Shown piece by piece: positions 53,470 to 64,000 of a DNA stretch of 64,000 nt. The notes under the pieces were generated by a model. It did no database searches, was not told the origin of the DNA, and saw only the letters and a list, made by a program, of their open reading frames with translations. Source of the DNA: Octopus vulgaris (lineage: Eukaryota); assembly GCA_951406725.2 (NCBI GenBank), contig OX597823.1:44206001-44270000 (forward strand), given 5' to 3'. Numbering within the stretch: the first letter of the stretch is position 1; every line of letters starts with the position of its first letter. The position numbers were made by a program, and so were the translations under genes.

Positions 53470-53612
53470 GTATGCCAATCCATCACAAAGTTACCCATTT
53501 CCAGCTGAGTGAACTGAAACAACATGAAGTGAAGTGTTTGCTCAAGGAAATCAAAGCCATGATCTCATAATCGTGAGTGTAACACCTTAACTTAACTAGG
53601 CCATGCATCTTC
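53470..53612 (-). mobile_element. Diverged tRNA/CORE-like SINE
   Basis: Minus strand gatgcatggcctagtt...ccttgagcaaacacttcact...cactcagctggaaatgggta. Confidence 0.5.
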
Positions 53613-54599
53613 ATTGAAATAAAAACAAAAATGTAATTGAACTGACAACTTCAAATTAAATCATTGAAACACTGGATGTTTTATTAGTCAGAGATTTAGA
53701 ATGGTATTTTGTTGTGGACCTAAATATTTAGGTATTATCAGATATTATGCAGTAATTACCAGTTGACCACTGTTAATAGGAATGTCTCAAAATAAATGTA
53801 GATTACAAATAGAGAAAGAGAAACTTTACTATTAAATGAAAAACTTCAAAATATTTTTGTAGAATCTCAAAAGCTGGATGAGAAGAGCCTCTTGAAGCAA
53901 TTAGAAAGTAAATTACAGCATGTTGGTGAGTATAAAATAACAGTACATAGTTGATTTTAATAAATTTTACCTTTAACTGAGCTTTTGTTTGCCTGACTGA
54001 CTGAGAACAGGTTCCATTCTTATTTCCCAGTTGAAATATTAGCTATAAAGTAATTCTGCTAAAGATGTTTATATTATATAATTGAAATTTGGTAAGAGAT
54101 CTGCCAAGGTTAGCATAGCTGGTGATATGGATAAATTAGAAGACATAGTGTTATTAATATTGTCTTCAGGATCAAGGGAACAAAAATATGCTGTGGAAGG
54201 CTGAGCAGGTCAATTAATGGCCATGTTTTTGTTTTCACTTTTGCTTACCAAGTTTACTGATTGGTTATTGTGTTTCGCTAGAAGTCAGCTGTTATTTAGC
54301 AGACTTATGATAAAAACTGTTAACACCCTATTGTTTTTCTATGTTCAGAGGAGCCTTGACCACATTATTCAAACATATCCTTTCTTTCAGGCAGTAGGAT
54401 TTAATTTTAGAGAAACTTGGTTGTTATCTTATGCAACTTGATTGACCAAGTGATGGCTTCTTAATTGTTTTAGCTGTCACAGGGTGGTGGAGTTTTTTCT
54501 AGATTTGATGATATGTGGTTTGAGAAATCTCCCTCTCTCTCTAATTTATTTATTGTAAATAATTGATGTATGAGTGGAGGACCCCCCCCCACCACCACC

Positions 54600-56787
54600 A
54601 CCACCAAGGCGAACAACAGGTGGGTTTCTTGAGTGAATTGGGAAACCAAGGATGGATGCAGCAGCATCTGAGGGCCCAATATATCTGCCTGTCAAATACT
54701 TTGTGATTTCATTTGGTCTGAATGACGACAACACTCCTCTCTTTGAAGACAGTGATGCAGAATAATGAAACAAGAACCATGGACATAGACTGGATGGGTC
54801 ATAGGTTTTTCGTATCAAACAAGGCTCAGACTGTTGATACTTTTGTGTGGAATGGCGTGATTGGAACAGTCTGATCCCAATTATTGAGAGAGAATGTGAA
54901 AAAAGTTCAGTAATTCATTCAGATGAGTGGCTTGCTTATAATAATTTAAATGCCATAGGTTATCACCATCTGGCAGTGAACTATCAATTATATTATGTGG
55001 ATCCAGTGACTTGAGCACACACTCAGGCCATTGAGCGATCAAGGTTAGATGCTAAAACTATGATTCTGTAAAAAAATGAAAGGTGTTGGTACTGAGCTTC
55101 TCCAGTCACATCTTGATCATTTCTGCTGGAAGATGATGAGGGAAGACTCAGATGATTTATTTGTAGCATTCCTTAATGACATATGAAGTGTTTATTGTTA
55201 AAATGGATGGTCTTGATATATCTGTGTAATTTCTTTATCATATAAAATAATATAAGATTCAATATTTCTTATTTGCATAATTTCTCTATAATGTACGAAG
55301 TGTTTTATCTCTGAAATATCTGAAGTTTTTTAATCTCTGAAATATCTTAAAGATACAGTGGATAACTCTGGTTATAATGTTTGACACCATGGTAGACTGC
55401 ATACTATACTACCATCCATTGTTGTTTGGTATAATCACAGCAACCTCATTGGCAATTTGTGCATTGAATTTTCTCTCGTGCCCAAATACAGGTCTTTGAT
55501 CATGATCATTAACAATGGAAGCCTCTGGCATGTCTTGAAGCAATTCTTTAGCTAATTGAAATGATGCAACATAGAGGGTTTTTTGCCTTAATACAATCTC
55601 CAAACAATCTTTCATTGAATTCCATGATTCATGAGTATCCCCATTCTGAAATCGATGCTGTCTTGAGGGTCCATGAAATAAATCTGAAGGAATTCAGCTT
55701 GCTGATTTGGATCTGATAGTAACTGTCCAATATAGTGATGGATCTGGCCATGAATGACAACGGAGGGATTCCATATGCTTCTTTCAGGAATAACTTCTTT
55801 CCCACTGAATGATGTCATTTAGAAGAGGCAGTTGTACTGCCTGATTTTCTTCCTGAATTCTTTTGCAAGGTGGTCATCACTTTTGTATAAATAGATAAGT
55901 TCATTTGGTAGGGGTTGTAAATTGCCACTATGAACTTCTCCCTTCATGCAGCAGAAATTTTCTGTTTCACCATGGAATAAGAATGCATGACAGTAAGCGC
56001 ATATTTTATTCATCACAGCTACCTCAGCAGAAAGAGTGGATCCATTTCCTTCCATTTCTCCCTCTGTCCTCCTTTCTTTCTACACCCTGTTGTTTAAGAG
56101 TCGTGAAGCCTTCATTTCAGGCGTTTCTGCAAGTCTTCTGCTATTTATTCTTTGTCTCACATCCTGGAGATGTGCATTCCTATCTTCTTCAGTCTCCTTC
56201 TTTGTTGCTTGACTCTGTTATCCTGCAGTTGTTCTGCTGTCATTTCAGCCATTTCCTGTTGTTTCCTTGCCCCTGCTGCTTCCTGGTGCCTTTTGGCGTC
56301 TCTTTCCACGTGGCATTATTGATCAATGCTTATTTTTGTATGTAATGTTGTATTAAGAAAATTAAATCCAAACAACTAAGAGATTACAAATGAATGAAAT
56401 AGAATAAAATCTGAAATGATGAAATGATACGTAATCTTCACAAAAAACCTGTTTCTCTCTGTCAGTGTATGTGTACGTCAAAAAGTCGACTTTTTTCTTA
56501 GAGTGATAGAGAGAGCGTGAGAAGCCTATATGTGTGTATATGTCACAGCGCCATGACAATCATTATATGTGTGTGTATTCTGTATGTGTGTTGACATCAC
56601 AGAAGCCATGTTTTTTTTGCGTCAAGAAATAACAAACAAATTGTGTTTAATCATTTTCATTAATAAATAGAAGTCCAAATATCACGAAAACTCATACTAC
56701 ACTGCATAAAAAACATTAAGATAAAATATACTATTTCTGAGATATTTTATGAACAAACAAACTTCTAGAGTTTTAATATTATCAAGA
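54600..56787 (-). mobile_element. Decayed Helitron 5' half (Rep region), interrupted by a Merlin fragment
   Basis: a|TC 5' end at 56787; MNKICAYCHAFLFHGETENFCCMKGEV, FRKKIRQYNCLF*MTSF, HGQIHHYIG, QIYFMD, HERKFNA..ANEVA; NEITKYLTGRYIGPSDAAASILGFPIHSRNPPVVRL at 54600-54720. Confidence 0.85.
54720..55200 (+). mobile_element. Merlin (IS1595/ISXO2-like) transposase C-terminal relic
   Basis: RDWNSLIPIIERECEKSSVIHSDEWLAYNNLNAIGYHHLAVNYQLYYVDPVT*AHTQAIERS...LQSHLDHFCW. Confidence 0.85.
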
Positions 56788-57119
56788 TTGCTCAAATCAC
56801 AGTAGCTGGTAGTTACCTATGTGTTCTTATGTTGACAAGATAACAGGCATGGGAAATAACAATTTGTTCAAAATAATACATCCAGTCATCCGCTCATACT
56901 GTTCATAAAACTTGGAATCAAAATAATGACGACATTCCTTGCTGTCCACTTTGGTTTTGATTTTCATTTCAAGTGTGTTACTGATTATAATTTTTTTTTA
57001 AATGAATCAAAACTTTGCTCTAACAAAGGTGTTAGTTTACTTTTTTATGTTACTGTTTTAAAATAATTTTAGAGCCCTGCTCTACTAAATATGATGTTGA
57101 GTAGGCAATAATTTACATC

Positions 57120-57693
57120 TTGACTTTGTTCCACCACCTGCCCTACAACGGAGTTACGCAGGTGTAGTGCATGCTACAAACCAAACCTATCGACATGTTA
57201 TTGAAAGGGCAGCTACTGAACAACAATCTTTTTTGTGCATGGCACAAAAGATTGTACAGCAGCTGACCTGGCTCCATCAATCTCACAGATGGAACTATCC
57301 ACAATACACAAGACCACCACAGCAAATAGACTCAAGGTGGACACCACTGGCAACAATACACACATCACATCGGTGCTCTTACTGAACATCGGAGGACTGT
57401 TAATACTTAGTAACAGGACAAAAATCCCTTTCTTGAGATACCTTTTTGCATTCAATCAAGCCTTATGCATAGCACTTACGGAAACACACCTGAAACCACA
57501 TATAGCAAATGCAGAAATACACATACCACAGTATGTTGTATTACGGACCGACAGAAAAGAAAGGAGTTATGGTGGAGTTGCATGGGGTGGATGTAGGTGT
57601 CTTCAAAATAAAGCTGGACATCCTCCTGTCAGGTGTCCCAGATGAACCAACTTCATGGCAGGAAGTGCAGATGAGGGCAGCTACATCAAACTC
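57120..57693 (+). mobile_element. Internally deleted CR1-like LINE (ORF1 end, APE start, ORF2 C-terminus)
   Basis: LLNIGGL...IALTETHL...RTDRKERSYGGVA joined directly to HGVDVGVFKIKLDILLSGVPDEPT...RAATSNS. Confidence 0.75.
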
Positions 57694-59720
57694 TGCCCTG
57701 TTTCTCTCCGAAGGCACAAAAACCACGTTCACCTTCAGTCCGAACTTGGCAATCAATTCTAGAACTCCTAGATGGCGCTTCACCAACATCTCTGCGGCAC
57801 CTTTCGTCTGGACTCTCCTCTCCATGGTGATCACCGATTCTACCCAGCCAAGCACAGTGGCCGAATCCGTTCGGATTTCAATTGAGTGCAGCCCCCATTT
57901 CAGGGCCAACTTCACCCCTTTCAGCACCGCGTCTAATTCGGCGACATTAATGTGGTTAAAGTCATCTTTTTTCCGAAGCCAGGCTGCGTCCTCCACCTCA
58001 GCACCTTCGATCTCCAACACAACCCCTATATCTATACTGCTAGCATCACACCAGACGGTCCTGCATTCCATCTTGGGCACATACCAGTTCCCCCAGACTG
58101 GGTCTTCCGCTCTCATCCTCTCTAGGATTTCCTGCATCATCGCCACCATCCCTTCTCCCACCTTGTCGCTCCAACTCTCCCCCTCTGCTCATCTCTTGGT
58201 GTAACTACACACCGTGCGCAGCCATCCAGCGATCGGGTAGTGACTGACCAACTTCCCACACACCGAGAACAGCTCTCTCCTGCTGACGCTGGAACTCAGC
58301 TCTGGGATTTCATTCCCTCTCCGGAACACCAACTCACCCGATCTATCTCTTCGCAGCTTCAGCCCCAGTGCAGCTCCCACTTCCATCGACTCCAGTGGAT
58401 TCACAATCAGTCCAAACTTCTCCAGATGTCTCACTACCTTGTTGGCTAGCACTACAGTTTCGTCCACCAAAATGTCATCTATGTAGGAACTGGTGGCCTT
58501 TCTAATTTTGTCCTCTTTCCCTAGGACGGACCTAAGCACTGCTGCCATGATCTTCGGAGCAGAATTCAGTCCGAAACCCAGCCTGGTTAAACAGTACGTC
58601 CGGCCCTTGTACCACACCAGCTGATATCGCCACAGTTTGTCACTCACATGGAGCTGCAAGTATGCTGATTTCAAGTCGAAAATCGTCGATGCCTTGGTTG
58701 ACTGTCTCCACGCATGTAACGTCTTGCCACAAACGTCCGTCGCCTCGCCTCCTGTGTGGCACGATATATACTCGTTTAGCTCTCTGAAGTCCAGCACCTG
58801 TCTGACTTTTCCCTTTGTCAGCTGCACCACCGCCATCAGGAGTAGCACTCCGCCCACTACCTCCTCTTCCCACGGGACAAAGACCCCTTCCTTGATCCAC
58901 CTCTCCACCTCGTCTTCAAACTCGACCCTGGCGTAACCTTTCAGGGTATGCTGGTAGCAGCTCACTCTGGTTTTCAGCATCTGGGGCTCATCCTTCCATC
59001 GCCACTCTCAAAAATCTTTGTCCTCAGTGGTGTAAGCGGCACATTCCCTCGTGGGGCTCTGCTTTCTCTGGTGATCCTGACTCACAGTGCACGATGCCTC
59101 CATGCTTCCAAACGTGACCGCATCTCCTACAATACTAATGCCACCGAAGCGGTTGATGGCGTCTATCCCCATCACCACATCAACCCCGTCTATCACACGT
59201 TCAATCACAATTACCTGCAGCCTTAGCGTCGCTCCTTGCACCACTATCTACCTTGCTGCTGCCTTTGCAACGGATTTCGCTGCTGTCGACCGCCCGGACG
59301 CTACTTGCCCCATTCCATTTCTTTGTCACCCTTAAAGTCATGAGGGCAGTCGTGCAACCCGTATCCACAAGGGCCTTGAATGTCTTCCCCTCAGCCTCGA
59401 CATCAATTAAGGGCAGCATCTCCAAAAGCGCCTCTATTCGTTTGCAGGAAAAGTTCAAGAGGCAGCAGCTTCCCCACGGTCGTTTCCCTGGTCGCAATCA
59501 CAGGTGATGTGCCCTGTCTGCCTGCATTAATAGCAGACGGGCCCCGGTTGCGTACGCTCCCTCGCCATGTGCGACCCCTGACATCTAAAACACTGGCCTG
59601 AGAATGGTCGCTGTCGTTGTATGGTAGGCTTCTTTGCGTCTTTCTCCGGCCGTCGTCCATCTTTATGCGCCTCCTTTACCGGCATCACTATCACCTTCCG
59701 TCCAGTGTTTCGTGTCAACA
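57694..59720 (-). mobile_element. Gypsy-like LTR retrotransposon internal fragment (gag knuckles, protease, RT, RNase H), frameshifted
   Basis: CFRCQGSH, ALVDTGCT, FDLKSAYLQ...GLNSAP...YIDD, VWCDASS...INVAELDAV...IRTDS; no LTR or integrase seen. Confidence 0.85.
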
Positions 59721-61640
59721 TGCAGTCTGAAAGCACCGCCATCACTACTGTCTACGTCGAGGACCACCAACTTACCTTCCGGATCCAGGAAGGCTGTCCT
59801 TATTTTCAAGTCCAGGCCCTTCCGAAACAACACCGCAGTACCACCACCGCCAGCTCCTGGCCGACACGGAAATAGAAAGATCTCGTATCCGCCGAAAAGG
59901 GCTGCGAGTTCCTGCGGGTTGGAGAGCCTGGTTTCACTAATGGCTGCTACATCCACATCATGAAACCTCAGGTCGTTTAACAGGTGACCCTGTTTCCAAG
60001 GTGACCCGAGGCCTCTCACATTCAAGCAACCGATTCTAAGTTTTGCCATGTTTCAAAGGTGGGAAAAAAAATAATAGGAGAAAAAGGCTCTACTTACTGT
60101 TGTTGGTGGTGGGGGTGGCTCCCTTGTGCTTTTGCACGGGTGCTTCAATAATATTTTTACAAAGTTTCTTTGAGAAACTTTTCCCTAGCGATCCGACATC
60201 GTTAGGGAATATTTGTTTTATGTCACTGTATGTTGTTGTGTTGATTTTGATTGTGAGAATGTGTGCTGGTGGTGTGTTGTGTGTTGGTATAACGAAATCT
60301 GTTATGTTTGTACTTGTTTTGTCTTTTAGGTATGCAACGAGTTCTTCATTCTTTGTGTTTATTCCTGTAATTGTGTCTGTGTGTGTGTTGGTGTGTGTGG
60401 CAGTGGCAGTAGTGGTGTCGAAAATGTTGTTGTTGTTGTTGATGTTGGGAAGCACTATTTGTTGGTGCTTCCCTTGTGTGTCCTTTTGTTTTTTCCTCTT
60501 CTTCTTCTTCTTTGGAGGCACTGTGTGCCATTCCGCTTTCTCAGTATCAGTGCTCGCACAATCCGAGCTGTCCTGATCCGGAAAGGGGATGGCTGTCGGA
60601 TCCGCTTCATCAGCAGGTCGAAAGATTGTTTGTTCTGCTGGTGGCGGTGGTGTTGCTGTGTCTGTTGGTGATGGTGACGGTGTTGGTGTTTCTTCTTGTT
60701 TTTTTGCTGTCGATTTTCTAGGTGCTGGGGTTGGTGTTGGTTTGGTGGTTGTTGTTGGAGGCGGTGTCGTTCGTTGTGGTGATGGTGTTGGTGGTGTGGC
60801 AGCTTTGGTGTTTCGTGCTGTTGTTGTTTCTGTTGTTGCTGTTGCTGCTGCTGCTGCCACCGCCTCTTGCCGTCTGCCTCCATTCTTTTCTTGTAAATGG
60901 GGCAGTCCCTTTTTAGGTGGCTTTCGCTGCTGCAGAGGTAACATTTTGGCCATCGCCCCTCCACAGCAATGTGTAGCCTGGTGCCATCCGGCAAGTTAAC
61001 GGAATCTGGGATGGTATGAATATTTTCCTGTTGAATCTGCACCAGGAGCAGCACTCCCATTCCTGACCAGTTCTTTTCCCTCACTCTCCGTACATCCAGA
61101 ATAGTGGCAGTGTCCTCTATGTCATAGAGGACAGCTGCCACCAGCCATGATATATCAAGTTCGGCGGGGACGAGGTCGATTTTTATTTTCGTTACTCTCC
61201 ACCCGAGGTGGGTTGGAACGAGTAACAAATTTTCGGTTTGCAAGGGCGAAATGGCATGCGCCCTTGCATCCTCCTCCATTCGGAAACGAACTTCTACGGT
61301 TCCAAAACGCTTCCCCTTGGTTACGTAGAACTTTTGGCCCCAAATGGGCTTCAGAGCTATTTCCAATTGTTTGGGTGTGACGTTTGTAATTTTTTTACAT
61401 TTTTTGTCGAAAATTTTGTAGGTAAATGTTTTTTTATTTGTTTCATCAATCACTTCTTGTGGAGTATTGAGGAAAATGCTATTGCCTTTCCTCAATAACA
61501 CCTTTGCTTTTTTGATGTCTTGTATTGTGACTTTTATTTCCTCCGAAACCTGCTTCGCAGCGGAGGCAAAACCGTTGGAATTTTCTTCACTTTTTTTTGT
61601 TCGTGCTTGTGTCTTGGACACAAAATTGCAAGAGGGCAAA
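59721..61640 (-). mobile_element. Tx1/L1-clade LINE 5' half: ORF1 (frameshifted near 60880) and ORF2 APE start at 60049
   Basis: ORF1 with CYLCSSESHLKRDC knuckle and Thr/Pro-rich tail; ORF2 MAKLRIGCLNVRGL...DVAAISETRL...GGTAVLF...DPEGKLVVLDV. Confidence 0.85.
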
Positions 61641-61872
61641 CAGTTAATAAGAAAAATATTAGGTGGAATATTGAATCATAAAATGTAATGGCTTGGATTA
61701 TCTAGTGTTCTAAATAAAGATTGGGGTCATATCAATCCCATTGTACCAATTAAAGGTTAAGGCAGTGATTGTATGTAGAACTACCTCATAACGAGTGAAA
61801 ATTTTAAAATTTACCTATATTTCAAACCTTTATCTGCATTTCTTTTGATAAAGTTTATCTTCATGAAATTCA

Positions 61873-62044
61873 CTATTTACTGAAAGGTATATATTGAATT
61901 GCTTCAAAATACTCAACTTCTTTAATAGCTTTTCTTAATGTTTCAACTGTGCATTTCATTGTGGAAACTTAGTTCTTCAATATGATTAGGATAGTCAAGC
62001 CATTATAAATTCCAGTTTGACTTGACTAATTCCCAAGGGAATAT
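61873..62044 (-). pseudogene. Decayed death-domain terminal exon, copy 1
   Basis: Acceptor tctttcttag; IPLGISQVKLEFIM[fs]LDYPNHIEELSFH[fs]KCTVETLRKAIKEVEYFEAIQYIPFSK*. Confidence 0.6.
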
Positions 62045-62183
62045 CTAAGAAAGATAGAAGAAATGAATACAATAGCAGTAATGATCATATTAAAAATGTT
62101 TACTGTATAATACAGCCTGATGTTTGCAATACAGTACAGTCATTCATAATGTACTATGCTTTTGCAAATTATTTCACTATTTT

Positions 62184-62216
<33 letters not shown>

Positions 62217-62225
<9 letters not shown>

Positions 62226-63079
62226 GTAAAATATAAATACAAACAGTAAAAAATAAATACAAACTGGGACAAGAACAAGGAGACGACACAAGAACCACAG
62301 GACGGGACATTCAAAGCCCTCAGTCATCAGTCAAGAACCAGATCATCTTCGCAATTTCGGCTGATTAATCTTGAGATTGCTCCGATCTGGGCAGCCCCCA
62401 AGGGAAATCTAAGCCAAGCGCATTAGATCCCTTGGAAGAAAGCTTCGAATGTATACAACACAAGGACGGAAAACGAACGATGTACACGAATAAAAATACA
62501 GAATACGTGAAAACAATAAGGAAAGCACGAATAAGAATACAAAAACGTAAAAACAATAACGGTAAGGATAAAAAACAAAACAAAACCAGGACGTAGGACA
62601 AGGGTCTTTCGACAGGACGAGTTGAGTTGGGGCTGGCTTATGGAGTTGTGCCTTATGGCCGCGGGAGACAAACAAAAACGTGTTGCTTCGACGACTGCTG
62701 GAACGAAAAGGGCGCCCAGCGGTGGCTAGCGGTCACGTGAGGACAAAAGACAGGAGAAAGGGACAGATGAGGAGAGAGAGAGGGTGGACAAAGGAGGAGA
62801 AGAAAGAGACAGAACGAGGGGAGTGGAGGTAAGAGATGTAGAGAAACGTAGGAGGGGGAGACGGATGAAGAGAGAAGGGGAATAAGGGAGGAGGAGAGAG
62901 AGAGAGAAAGAGACAGATCAAGAGTCATATCAATGTTAGAGAAAAAAATACTTAACGTATAAGGACAGGTGTGGATACGAAGCCGCCATTATATATGTAA
63001 ACAGTAAAAAATAAATACAAACTGGGACAAGAACGTGAAACACCAAGGAGACGACACAAGAACCACAGGACTGGACATC
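62217..63079. mobile_element. Non-coding element with partial tandem (1 + ~0.1 unit) structure inserted at (TA)n
   Basis: 62213-62310 is repeated at 62991-63079; internal hairpin 62338-62390; GA-rich tract. Confidence 0.6.
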
Positions 63080-63769
63080 TTGACAGCTGCTGGATATTGA
63101 TCACAAACTTCACCTACCTTCTTATCATTATCGTATCTCATGTCTATATTGCTGAATGTCTGCTTAAAATATTGAGAATATATTCAAATTTTTGAATGTA
63201 TCTAACTTTAGCAAGTGCAGTGTTGTAAATAGTTGGCATTTTGGGAGAATATATCCTTATTAGCAGAAAGTTTGGAGAACTTATCCCAAATGTTTTTGCT
63301 TACAGATTTGACAACTACTGAATGATGGTTTGAATAATGACTAATGTATTACAAATTTTTGTTTGACTTACACTAGGGTCAAGAGAGAGCTGAAAGCTTG
63401 CTATTCTGTGATTATTATGCACCAAAGTAAGTTTTTGGAGGATCTAATAATTTTTTTCTTTTCTTATACTGCTCTATCTTATCATTGGTATACTTATAAA
63501 AAGTAAATACCAAAAGTGTGAACAGTTAATAAGAACATTAAAAAAAAATTATGTGGAATATTGAATCCTAAATCCTGGCAGCTTAGATTATCTACTGTCT
63601 TAAATAAGGCTGGGGTCATGTTGACCTCATGGTACCAGTTAAGGGTGAAGGAAGTGTTTGTACGTAGAATTACCTCACAACAAATGAAAATTAAAAAATT
63701 TCCCTACATTTCAAACCTTTATCTTTCCCTAACATACATTCCAATTGTTAAAGTACTTCTCTGTAAAAT

Positions 63770-63939
63770 TCACTTTTTATCCAAAGGTATATACTGAATT
63801 GCATCAAAACACTCAGCCTTTTTGAGAGCTTTTCTTAGTTTTTTAATTGTACATTTCTCTGTGGAAAGTATTGTTCAATGTCACTGGGATGGTCAAACCT
63901 CATAAATTCTAGTTTGACTATAATCCCCCAAGGAAATAT
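63770..63939 (-). pseudogene. Decayed death-domain terminal exon, copy 2
   Basis: Acceptor tctttcacag; ISLG[fs]IIVKLEFMRFDHPSDIEQYF[fs]EKCTIK[fs]LRKALKKAECFDAIQYIPLDKK*; part of diverged duplication 61640-62105 / 63521-64000. Confidence 0.6.
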
Positions 63940-64000
63940 CTGTGAAAGATACATGAAATGAATGCAACAACATTAAGGATCATATAAAAAATATTTACTG

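Larger units (their letters stand above)
50680..54470 (+). pseudogene. Relic exons of a Mind-bomb-like RING E3 ligase C-terminus
   Basis: Exon 50680-50822 (DCSVLCEDNLATVKFCPCGY...KLKG[fs]LKYEQPVTNKSEF), exon 53863-53925 (ESQKLDEKSLLKQLESKLQHV), both with AG/GT and phase 1; weaker relics at 53041-53128 and 54349-54470. Confidence 0.5.

Noticed and set aside
57120-57260. LRRCSACYKP as a final RING of the MIB-like relic
   Set aside because: Better explained as the CR1 ORF1 zinc-finger end directly upstream of the APE start.

Overview
Eukaryotic, AT-rich, repeat-dense animal DNA. It is most likely an octopus (coleoid cephalopod) genome; this is inferred from the [17 protein letters not shown]-type C2H2 arrays with no KRAB/SCAN domain, the abundant tRNA-derived SINEs and the microsatellites. 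The only intact protein-coding genes are four single-coding-exon C2H2 zinc-finger paralogs arranged +,-,+,- (9363, 17782, 28229, 41544). The rest is mostly decayed mobile DNA: Hero-, R4- and CRE-like RLE LINEs, RTE, CR1, Tx1, Gypsy-like, two Helitrons, Merlin, several Tc1/mariner elements, MITEs and SINEs. Main signals not in the ORF track: (1) a well-formed type I hammerhead ribozyme at 1469-1521; (2) a homologous non-coding first exon present four times as two head-to-head pairs (22813-23524 and 44721-46641), one copy having no zinc-finger exon downstream in the window; (3) decayed Mind-bomb-like RING exons (50680-54470) and two decayed death-domain exons (61873-63939); (4) signs of finger birth, death and probable gene conversion in the ZNF genes. 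All alignments and translations were done by eye, so family assignments need database confirmation and most element boundaries are approximate.
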